DNA of 62,994 nucleotides, filler included, from Reclinomonas americana ATCC 50394 (Eukaryota): NCBI GenBank assembly GCA_048213135.1. It is 11 parts of 11 records of this genome, joined end to end, with 100 filler letters (N's around TTAATTAATTAA, not from the genome) between each part and the next. Parts side by side here need not be neighbours in the genome. Positions count along the whole stretch, not along the records: positions 10,185 to 15,043 come from AFZH01019587.1; positions 15,144 to 18,286 come from AFZH01019591.1; positions 18,387 to 30,478 come from AFZH01019594.1; 8 more parts are not named here. One strand, 5' to 3'. Shown piece by piece: positions 12,275 to 22,766 of this stretch (position 1 is its first letter; each line of letters starts with the position of its first letter). The notes under the pieces were generated by a model. It saw only the letters and a program-made list of their open reading frames with translations, ran no database searches and was not told where the DNA came from. The position numbers and the translations under genes were made by a program.

Positions 12275-12942
12275 TCAGTCTGGCGGTCGGTGCGATAGGG
12301 GAACAATGTTGACGAAGCCGCTGCTGGCGTCCCTTGTGCCAAACAACTCCTGTGTGCATCAGTTGAGCAAGCCATGCAGCGTTCCCTTTGCTGCCTTCGC
12401 CCCTTCTGCGCACCGGAAAGGTGTCCACGAGAAAGTCATACGCTGGCGACTCACGCACCGCCGCACCGACATCGCTCGGCGTCAGCGGTGTGTTGGTCGC
12501 CTGCGGTGCCTCCTCCTCCTCCTGCTCCTCTTCCATGTCCACGCTCATTGGCTCGGCCTTGCTCCGCCTCGCGCATCGCACCGCCCGCAGCGCCAGCTCC
12601 TTGGCGAACAGCGAGGCAATCGATGATGCGCACAGGAGAGTCTCGGGTGGAATCACAATCGGCAAGTACTGCATGCCGCCAGTCAACGATGAAGCAGAAA
12701 GAGGAGGAGGTGCGGGGTCGTACTCAACTCTCGTCTCTTCGTTGCGTCGCAGCTCACGTTCCATGATCTCTTTGCAGCCGACGGCCAGATCGCCTTGCGC
12801 GTCCACTCGTCAGTTGTCTCTTTCTCTCTCTCTCTCTGCACATGCAACAAAGGAGCTTACCGGAGGGCGGTTGTGACACGTGCTCCAAGAACAAGTCACT
12901 GAGCTCCCTGGCATCACGCTCAACGCTCCGCAAGTGCTCCAT
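12275..12942 (-). CDS. Divergent H2A-type histone-fold protein (NF-YC/CHRAC/DPB3-like)
   Basis: LAVGCKEIME; IPPETLLCASSIASLFAKELALRAVR; LTPSDVGAAVRESPAYDFLVDTFP resemble the three histone-fold helices plus the DFL.D tail. Confidence 0.6.
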
Positions 12943-13002
12943 GAGTGTGTGTAGGACTATCTTGTCTATGACTCACTACAGCAATCATTACACACACCAA
13001 CG

Positions 13003-14245
13003 ATGCAGAGCGTGATGCGGGCGGCAGCTGCTGGTGCCTCCCTGCGACGCCTGGCTGTGGCACAGATGTGCTGCACAGATGATCTGGCCGCCAACCTCAA
13101 CGCTGTTCGCAAAGTTGCGTCTCTCTTTCTCTGTCTCTCTCTTTCTCTCGTTCTCTGTGCTGCTCACGCCGCACGCAGAGCAGTTGACCGAGGCTGCTGT
13201 GGCTCGTGGTGCGCAAATGGTGTTCTTTCCCGAGTGCTTTGACTATGTGGGATCGTCGGCGCAGCAAGGTGCGTTCACTGCATGGTCATCACGATTTACG
13301 CATTCTCAGTCTCACTCTCCACGCAGCGGTGGAGCTGGCATCGCCGCTCTCTGGATCGTTGTTCAGCAGCTACTGCGAGGTGGCGCGGCAGAATGGTGAC
13401 ATGGCACTTCTCTTTTTCGTGCATCCGTCTGTCACTTATCATTCCGAGCAGGCGTGTGGCTTTCGTTGGGTGGCTTTCACGAGCAGCTAGAGGTTGCAGA
13501 CACGCGGATCCGCAACACGCATGTGATTGTGAACGATGCCGGCACTGTGGAGGCCGTGTACCGCAAAGTGCATCTGTTTGACGTGTCGATCCCCGACGGT
13601 CCGCAGCTGCAGGAGTCACGAAGCACGGCACCCGGCAGCGAGGTCGTGGTGTGCGAGTCGCCGGTGGGTCAGTTGGGACTGTCGGTGTGCTATGATCTGA
13701 GGTGCGCGCGCCCCGCCGCTAGCATCGTATGCGGTTGTTGACAGCGATGCAGATTTCCCGAGTTGTACTCAAGAATGCGCGACCGCGGGGCGGAGGTGCT
13801 GCTGATGCCGTCTGCTTTCATGGTGAAGACTGGTCAGGCTCACTGGCACACACTGCTGCGAGCACGGGCCATCGAGACGCAATGCTTTGTGGTGGCGGCG
13901 GCGCAATGCGGAGCTCACCATGCTCGTCGCTCCAGCTACGGCCACTCCCTGGTCGTCGACCCGTGGGGAAGTTGTGTCTTCACAGCGGACGTTGACGCGA
14001 TGCACCTCCACTCACTCACACATACAGCTGTGCTGCTGGACATGGGCGGCATTGACGGCGAGGGCGGCACGATCGGTGCCGACATTGTGGTGTGCGAGGG
14101 GGCAGGTGCGGTCGGCCTGGTCGACCTGGATATGGCGGTGTTGGAGACGACGAGAAGAAACATGCCGGTGTGGGATCATCGTCGGCTTGACGTGTACGCC
14201 GTCGACGCAGAAGCGACGGCGAGTGGGAAGGTGGTTGCAGAGTGA
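13003..14245 (+). CDS. NIT1: Deaminated glutathione amidase, Nit1 (carbon-nitrogen hydrolase)
   Basis: FFPECFD, YRKVHLFDV, LSVCYDLR|FPE, TGQAHWHTLLRARAIETQC, SYGHSLVVDPWG; 5 introns. Confidence 0.93.
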
Positions 14246-14384
14246 AGCTGGCCGTGATTGAGACGTGCCACCACTTTGCGTGGATACATGGGTGACATTC
14301 ACTCTCAGCGCCATTGTGACCATCCTCCGTCGACGTGTGCGTTAACATGTTGTCCCATGAAACACACACACACTTAACTTCCTC

Positions 14385-15043
14385 ATGACGAGCGATGACC
14401 ACGAGTTCGTGGACATCACGCAGCCCCTCGAATCCCACGACTTTGGTACACCTGTCTTCTACGCCATAGCGTCGGCCAATGTGCATCCCTCCATCGTTGC
14501 GCCGATTGTGATGAATGCACGCTCACTCCGTCAACATTGTCACTCATCATGCCACAGAATTCGCAGCTACTGGCCGTGACGAAGGAGAACACCGTGCAAC
14601 TCTATGACACCCATCGCCGACATGGATCGCTGCACTTGCTGTCCACCGTGCAAGTGACAAGAGCAGCGTGTAATGTGATGCGACTGCTCTTTTGTTCCGG
14701 CGACGGCCGGTGGCTCGTGTGTGGCACCGGCATCGGTGAATTTGAAGTGAGCATGTGGGATCTCGAGTCACTGCTGGAGCCACGCCGTGTGTGGTGCTGC
14801 GCGGGCGAGCATACCAATCACATCCTTGCACTTGCTGCGTCGTCCAAGTTCGTCTTCTCCGGTGGCGCCGATGACTCGGTCAGAGTATTCGACCGGCAGA
14901 CAGGAGCGTGGGAAGCCACTCTGAGACGGCACGACGACAGCGTGCGCTCGATCCAGGTGACGGCAGACGAGAGGCTAGTCATCAGCTGTGGGTTTGACGC
15001 CCAACTTGTGGTGTGGGATCACGATACGCACAAGGTTTTGTCG
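14385..15043 (+). CDS. WD40-repeat protein (3' truncated by gap)
   Basis: HTNHILAL...FSGGADDSVRVFD and HDDSVRSI...ISCGFDAQLVVWD. Confidence 0.88.
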
Positions 15044-15733
15044 NNNNNNNNNNNNNNNNNNNNNNNNNNNNNNNNNNNNNNNNNNNNTTAATTAATTAAN
15101 NNNNNNNNNNNNNNNNNNNNNNNNNNNNNNNNNNNNNNNNNNNTTTCTATTATTATTATTTGCTCACTCAGTTGTCTCTCCGCGCAGTGTGCGAGACTCC
15201 TCATGCGCAAGATTCAGTCCAGTGCACTGCCCCTGGGCGGCGTACAGATTGGCATGCGCACCATATGCCTCTGCTCGGTCACGTGCACCTTGATCAGCTT
15301 GCGGCGGCAGTGTGACGATGGTTGATGCCCAGCCGCTTCGACATTGATGACAGCTCTCCACGGCGGCGCGTCGCTCTGCGTCCCAGATCGTACCTCCACG
15401 CAGCTGCAGACTGACTGCACTTGGCCACGATGACACAATTTAACCTTGAAGACCCGCGGTAGGCCTCCCGGCCTTCCATTTACTTGTGTGCAAGCGTACC
15501 CAATGCATCTGTCGCTTTATTGGAATGTGGTGAATGAAGTGTTTTGTTTTGTTTTCATATACAGTCAATTGGGATATGTTTATTGTAGGTATACCTATAA
15601 GATAATATGTATAACAGTCAACTAACCTGTGAACGTGCAGCGGCGGAAGCTGCCTGATCATGATCATGACAATAATATATATATATAATAATATATATAA
15701 TAGAAACTTCACTGATCCATAATATCGCAGCGA

Positions 15734-18286
15734 TCAGTCTTCGAATTCGCAGTCGTCGACGTCGACATCGTCAGTTTCGGATCCGGCCGCGGATCCACGC
15801 GGCCGCTTCCGTGCAGGCTCGTCGACATCCTCCGAATCCCCGCTCGACAGTCCGCTTGAGAATGCGCTTGAGTCGCGATCGAGGAATCGATGCTGCCTTT
15901 TCGTTCCAGATCCGGCCGTGGCAGCGGCACTCTCCGGCTGGAACTCGTCGCACATGCGTGCCACTTCCAGTGCTGCCATGGACAAGCCCTCATGCTCTCG
16001 AGAGTACCCGATGTAGTGAGCCGCAAGCCCGTGGTCAACTTGTTGTGCCTCAGTAACCAGCCTGATCATTCGCAGCAATTCTGTCTTCATCCACCGTTCC
16101 ATGTCGTGCGGGTACGGGAGGTCGCCGTGATCCGGATTGATCCTCAGAAACGTGAGGCCGGCAAACCCAAGTGTCTTCCAGATTGTGAGCATGCGCTCGG
16201 CTTCACACGTCGGGTTATAGTTCCCGTATGCGTGCTCATGCTCATCCACCTGCGACGACATGTCGACATGAGCATGTACATACAATCAGCGCAGATTTGA
16301 CGTTCCATATATAATAAACGAACCTCAATGATTATTGCTGATCCGTTGTCAAGAGGCAGGTAGAAATCTGGCCTGAGTCTAGAACACAAGTTCCCTTGAA
16401 TCGTGAGGTTGCACTTGGGCGACAGGCCCTGACACTGCAACCAGTGTCCGACGTCGGCCTCCTTCGATACTCGAGAACCAAGTTCGAACGTTCGGCAGGT
16501 GTAGCAGAGAAAGTTGTACTTGGCCTTCACTACGCACTGATACAGTGGCCCTTCGGGATGGTGTTGGCCTTTGCAAATCGTAATGCGCAAGGGAACCATC
16601 CCGTCAAGTTGGCAATAACGACAATGAGTCGCCTTGCCGCCAGCAACACCGAATGTTGCGCTCACCTCCTCGCAGGAGATGCAGCGGCGATTCCGTACGT
16701 CGATCATGCCGTCCAATTTGCATGACGAACAATGGGTTGCTCTGCCGCCTGGGAAGCCGTATGACGGTTGCACCTCCTCGCAGGAGATGCACAGGCGAGC
16801 GTGTACGTTGATCATACCGTTAAGCTTGCACGAAGCACAGTGGGTTGCTCTGCCGCCTGGGAAGCCGAATGAAGGTTGCACCTCCTCACAAGTGACGCAC
16901 ATGCGAGACTGTACGTCGATCATGCCGTCAAGTTTACATGACCCACAATGGGTTGCTCTGCCGCCTGGGAAGCCGTATGACGGTTGCACCTCCTCACAAG
17001 TGACGCACATTCGAGACCGTAAATTGACCATGCCGTCCAATTTGCATGACGAACAATGGGTTGCACTGCCGCCTGAGAAGCCGTATGACGGTTGCACCTC
17101 CTCACAAGTGACGCACATTCGAGACAGTACGTTGATCATGCCGTCCAATTTGCACGAAGCACAGTGGGTTGCTCTGCCGCCTGAGAAGCCGTATGACGGT
17201 TGCACCTCCTCGCAGTTGACGCACAGGCGAGCGCGTACGTTGATCATGCCGTCAAGTTTACATGACCCACAATGGGTTGCACTGCCGCCTGAGAAGCCGA
17301 ATGACGCGATCACCTCCTCACAGATGTCGCACATCATGTACAGACGAGCGTGTACGTTGATCATGCCGTCAAGTTTACATGACCCACAATGGGTTGCACT
17401 GCCGCCTGAGAAGCCGAATGTCGGCCGCACCTCCTCGCAAGTGACGCACATGCGAGACCGTACGTCGATCATGCCGTCCAATTTGCACGAAAAACAATGG
17501 GTTCCTCTGCCGCCCGGGAAGTCGAATAACGCGCTCACCTCCTTGCAGGAGATGCACATCATGTACAGACGAGCGTGTACGTTGATCATGCCGTCAAGTT
17601 TACATGACCCACAATGGGTTGCACGGCCGCCAGGATGGCCGAATGACGCTCGCACCTCCTCACAAGTGACGCACATGCGAGACCGTACGTCGATCATGCC
17701 GTCAAGTTTACATGACGAACAATGCGTTGCACTGCCGCCTGAGAAGCCGTATGACGGTTGCACCTCCTCACAAGTGACGCACATTCGAGACCGTAAATTG
17801 ACCATGCCGTCCAATTTGCACGAAGCACAGTGGGTTGCTCTGCCGCCTGAGAAGCCGAATGTCGGCCGCACCTCCTCACAAGTGACACACATGCGAGACA
17901 GTACGTTGATCATGCCGTCCAATTTGCACGAAGCACAGTGGGTTGCTCTGCCGCCTGAGAAGCCGTATGACGGTTGCACCTTCTCGCAGATGTCGCACAT
18001 GCGTGGACGAGGATGTACTAGGGAGACCATGCCGTCAAGTTTGCATGAAGCACAATGAGTCGACGTCCGCCTCCCGCCGGGATGGCCGAATGAAGCGGAC
18101 ACAGTTCGGCACACAGTGCAGCGATGTGTGTTTCCGCGTACGTTCAGCATACCCTCGAGCTTACACGCATTACAGTGAGTCGGCTTCCCGCCAACACGAT
18201 GGCCGAATAACGCGGTCACAGTCCGGCACACAGTGCACTTGCGAGTGATTACGTTGACCATTCCCTCAAGCTTACAAGCGTTACAA
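15734..18286 (-). CDS. EsV-1-7-like Cys-rich tandem repeat protein with a C-terminal endonuclease-like domain (5' truncated)
   Basis: 15 complete CxxC..HCxxCKLDGM repeats, then RLRPDF...IIIE|VDEHEH...CEAERM...FLRINPD. GT-AG intron 16250-16323 joins ORFs 16144-18261 and 15734-16285. Confidence 0.85.
16580..18286 (-). repeat. Coding tandem repeat array, ~108-bp (36-aa) unit, at least 15 copies
   Basis: Near-identical units such as CVTCEEVQPSYGFSGGRATHCASCKLDGMINVLSRM. Confidence 0.95.
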
Positions 18287-18386
18287 NNNNNNNNNNNNNN
18301 NNNNNNNNNNNNNNNNNNNNNNNNNNNNNNTTAATTAATTAANNNNNNNNNNNNNNNNNNNNNNNNNNNNNNNNNNNNNNNNNNNN

Positions 18387-19032
18387 CTTTCTCGTCCACA
18401 AATAACAACAAATCTAAATATGACACGAGAACACGCGGATGATGGATGTAATGTACTGCACCTACGGCAGGCACTGTCGACCACCAGCAAAGGAGACACG
18501 TGAGGCGAGAGCATACACGCCGAGCCATGCGGTTGCGCGTCAGCAGTCGCCGTATCGTCACCTGCATGGTTGCATGGCGCGTCCACTCAATCATGACACC
18601 AATGTGTTTCGTACTCGTCGCCTGCACCGCCCGCATCGCATACGCGGCCTTCTCCGCCGTATCGGTGCCCGTCCCAAACGCAGCCACTGCTCCCACCTCC
18701 TCCAGCGGAGCCGCCTGCTGCACCGACCTGCACCACTCGACCACATCTCGTTCGACGCCGAGCGGTCGTATCGCCGCCGGCACCGCCAGCAGACCCGAGA
18801 TGGCATTGTGCGTGCCCGGAGGCAAGTAGCGCGACTCGCCCTCCAGGATCACGTCAAAGTACGGGTCGCTGTCGGTGGCCACCGACGGAGCCATGAGAAT
18901 GCGTGGGGCACGTGTGGCGAAGCCAACACCCTCCTCCACGTCGTGCACGTGATGATCATCCACGGAATCCCAGGCCACATGCAGAGGCGTGTGTGCGTCA
19001 TCTGCAGGCAAAGGGGGTGTCGCCGAGGCCAT
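18387..19032 (-). CDS. Hypothetical protein (3' end at or near gap)
   Basis: Open GC3-rich exon MASATPPLPADD...HATMQ followed by a GT donor; no family recognised. Confidence 0.45.
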
Positions 19033-19413
19033 CTGCCTGGTTACTGTGCGCTCCGACGAGGCGCGAAACAGATTGGATCGTGTGCGGAAATAGCCGCGGA
19101 CGTCACCAAGGCCCGCCGTGTTTGTGTCAGTCGAAGCCTGGAGTTGCACCGGTGGATCGCGCTAGGCATGCATGTGCATTCATGCGAGAAAGTTACAACA
19201 AAAACAAGGGTTCTTCAGGTTGACTTCACGACGTCGCTCCGGGAAATCACTCACCAGCGCGCGCGCGCACACATACGCACGTGGTGGCCATCAGTGCACA
19301 GCTCACCTCCACGGAAGCTTGCACGTGAGAAAAGAGAAAGAGAAAGAGGGAGGCAACGTCGCACACACGAAAAGTCCTCTCTTCATTGCATCCCCACAAC
19401 TTTCGTTGCAGTC

Positions 19414-22400
19414 ATGCGCCGCGGTTACCTGCTGCTCGCCGCTGTGCTTGTGGTGCTCTGCTCCAGTGCACTGGTGGCGCATGCGTTCCTGCACTCGCAC
19501 CATGGAGTGCAGTGGCAAGAGTCGACTGACCTTCCCACGTGGGTCGACCAGAAGCTGTTGCGTAGACGCACATGCACGCACACGCACGCATAAAGAGAGA
19601 CCGCCACGCACACTCGCACTGATGCAATGCACGCGAGGAAGAGAGAGAGTGTGTGTGATGAACTGATGCAGCACACCGGAGCATTTTGCTGCTCACACAC
19701 GCACATGCGCATCAGCTCTTCTTCTCCAATCTGCCATTGAGTGCATTGACTTTGTGATTGACTGCGGGGGGGTCATTGCACATTTTTTCCACAGTGATCA
19801 TTTCAATCCGTCCGACACGCGAACTTTCAAGCAGCGGTGAGCGTTGCTCTCTGCCTCTGCCTGCTTCTCTCCTCCACATTCTCATGTACTCCGCAGCTAC
19901 TGGGTCGATTCGTCGCACTGGGGTGGCAAGACTTCGCCTGGTGCGCTGAGAAGAGCTCAGTGTGTCGTGCATTCCGTCCACAAGTGTTGACCTTTGTGTG
20001 TGCAGTGTTCATGTACATTTGCGGCGAGGGCGAGGTTCTTGCAATGTTGCTTTCCACTGCGTGTGCGTGTGTGTTGGTGTCACTGACTGTCATGCATGTT
20101 GCAGTGCGGTGGCATTCCCAGCGGATACCTGGTCGACATGGCCATTGAGTTCCGAGGTCGGTGCTGTTGCATGTTTCGCTCAAAGAGGTACATTCCCTCA
20201 CGCTCTCCATCGTTTCTGTGCAGGCTTGATCGTGGTGCTGGAGGTGAGCTGCCGTCTGCTGTCACTTGTGTAAAGGATCCGTGCCTCACGTTCGTCTTCT
20301 GCCCCTCGCCACAGCACCGCTACTACGGCGCGGTAAGTCGTGTGCATGCTTGCGCTCTCAGACTGTTTGTTCTCATCATCCACGTGTGCACACATAGAGC
20401 GTGCCTTTCACGGACCTCCGCACCGAGAACCTCGCCTGGCTGAACAGCAAGCAGGCGCTGTACGACCTGGCCTACTTCCACCTGTTCATCACCAACGCCA
20501 TGTCGGTGGACCCCTCGGCCAAGGTGCGCTATTCTAAGTCTGTGCGCACTCTTGCTCGCGTATGTCGCTGACCATGTACACCCCTCCCCGCCTTGCAGTG
20601 GGTGTCTGTGGGCGGTGCGTCCTCCATCGGGAATGCGATATTAATTTGTGCTTGTCCTCACATCTCACCTCGCTTTTGCAGGCTCGTACCCCGGTGCCTT
20701 GTCCGCGTGGTTCCGGTGGGTACGACCCATGAGTACCTGTGCTACATTCCGTATTCCTCACACACTCGCGCAGCCTCAAGTTCCCGCACCTCGTGGCGGC
20801 CAGCTGGAGCTCGTCGGGCGTCGTCAACGCCGTTCTCGATTTCACCGATTTTGATCGCCAGATTTCCACGTCGGCCGGTGTCGGTTCGCCTTCTCCCACG
20901 CATCCCCTCTCTTGCGAGGTGTTGCGCGACTCACATCGTTCCTCGTCATCGCAGAGTGCGCCGCCGCCCTGCGCAACGCCACTGCCTCCATTGAGCAGCT
21001 GCTGGCGTCGCCGAGCACCAATGCCTCGACCAAGCAACTGTTTGGTGCCGACCCGACCGATTTCGCCGACGACGGAGGTGGGGCAGATATTTGTGTTGCA
21101 TGTGATCACATGAAGAGGGGGAACATCTCATTAATGGTGATCGCGCAGACTTTTACTACCTGCTGGCCGATTCTGGCGCTCTGGCGTTCCAGTATGGTGC
21201 GCGTGTCCACGATGACCCTGCTTGTGTGCACCTCCTGAACTCACCGCTCGTGTCAACTGTGCAGGCTACCCCGATGCAGTGGTGCGAAAACAGGCTGCTC
21301 TGCGTCTGTGTGTATCTCTCTCTCTTTTCTGTGTATCTGATTCGCTGCCTCGTGGCACAGTGCAAGCCGATGGTGCAAGCTGCGCGTTCTGGTGGCGATC
21401 TGGTGCAGGCTTTCGCGACCTACACCAAGTCCTTCTTCTTGCCCACGTTCTGCGCCGGCGTCGGTGCTCGTTCGTACAGGTGCGACGCCACCTTCGGTGA
21501 GCTTCTACTGATTCATCGTATTGATATCGCTGTCTTTTCTTCGCCCGCACAGCACTCCGCTCCAGGCTACCATTGCCACGACCCCTGCTCGCAATGGTGC
21601 GTCTCTTTTCTCCTTCTCTTCACCATACCTTATGTGACTCACAAGTCGTGTGCCTCTCGACAGAGCGTCAGTGGTGGTGGCAGACGGTCAGTGCGGTTGC
21701 TCGTGGTGAATTAGGAGCGTTACTAACTTTATGTGCTCGTCTCTTGTCGTGAATCCAGTGCGCCGAGTTGGCTTACGTTGCGTGGTGGTGACGATTTTTC
21801 TTGTGGCGGTGACATTGGTTGTTTCTCACACTCCCTTCACCAACAGTGGCAGAATGCTCCCGCCACCAACTCGATCCGCTCGAAGGTTTGTGTGCCACCC
21901 TTTTTCTGCGTTTCTCATTTGCTGATCTTTGTCTCACGGTCGATTACTTTTTCACAGTACCTGGTTTGTTAATTCGTCTTGATGGATTCAAGTCACGTCA
22001 CACTCGCTCATTTACCTCTCGTCGTCTGTCTCGCGAAGAACATGGATTACCACCACCGGTGAGTGCCACCGTCTCCAGAGACATGGCTGTGTTGTTGCCT
22101 CATTAGCTGCTCACTTTTTTCTTCCTCGTGTCTTTGTAGCCACTGCAAGGCTGTGTTTGGCGTTGCGTCCACTGAAATTCCATCTCCCCTCCTCGATCAT
22201 GCATCTCACCACATCTTCTTTGCAGACCGACATCTGGCCGAACACCGTCGACACCAACAACTACTACGGTGCTACGAACGTGCAGCAGACCAACATCTTC
22301 TTTGCGAACGCCAGCCAGGACCCGTGGCAGTGGGCCAGTGTGCGCAGCACTCTGTCGCCCACCGAGCCGGCAGTCATCACCACGGTACGATGCTTTCCTC

Positions 22401-22641
22401 CCACCATGATAGACATATCTTGCTGACCTTTTTGTTTCGCATGCACAGTGCTACAACTGCGGGTTGCGTTGCACAGGCGAACTGCATTTTCTTTCCACCA
22501 CCACTTTCTCATGCTCCCTTGTTTTTCCACAGTCACTGCTCGGACCTGCGCGGCTGCCCCGGCGGTTGCACGGACCCGAACGCTCTGCTCAACACGCGCA
22601 CGCAGATCCACAACTTCCTCTCGCGCGTTTTCAACTCGTAG
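19414..22641 (+). CDS. Secreted serine peptidase, S28 family (PRSS16/PRCP-like)
   Basis: Signal peptide; QKL|DHFN, ICGEG, LE|HRYYG, QALYDLA, VG|GSYPG, QT|CAELAY, DPW and G|HCSDL motifs; about 24 introns by my count. Confidence 0.93.
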
Positions 22642-22766
22642 AAAAGCACCAGCATCACCATTACGAGTGTGCGCGGGAAGCATACAAAGTAAAAACCCCT
22701 TGATGACGTCACCGTGTTCCCGCAATTTTGTTGCAAACCCTTCGCCACTTGAAGCACCGTAACGCG

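Noticed and set aside
16634..18058. 474-aa antisense ORF over the repeat array
   Set aside because: A stop-free reverse frame propagated by the 108-bp tandem repeat; no independent coding signal.
16580..18286. CRISPR-like repeat/spacer array
   Set aside because: Units are in-frame coding repeats without unique spacers, in a eukaryotic context with no cas genes.
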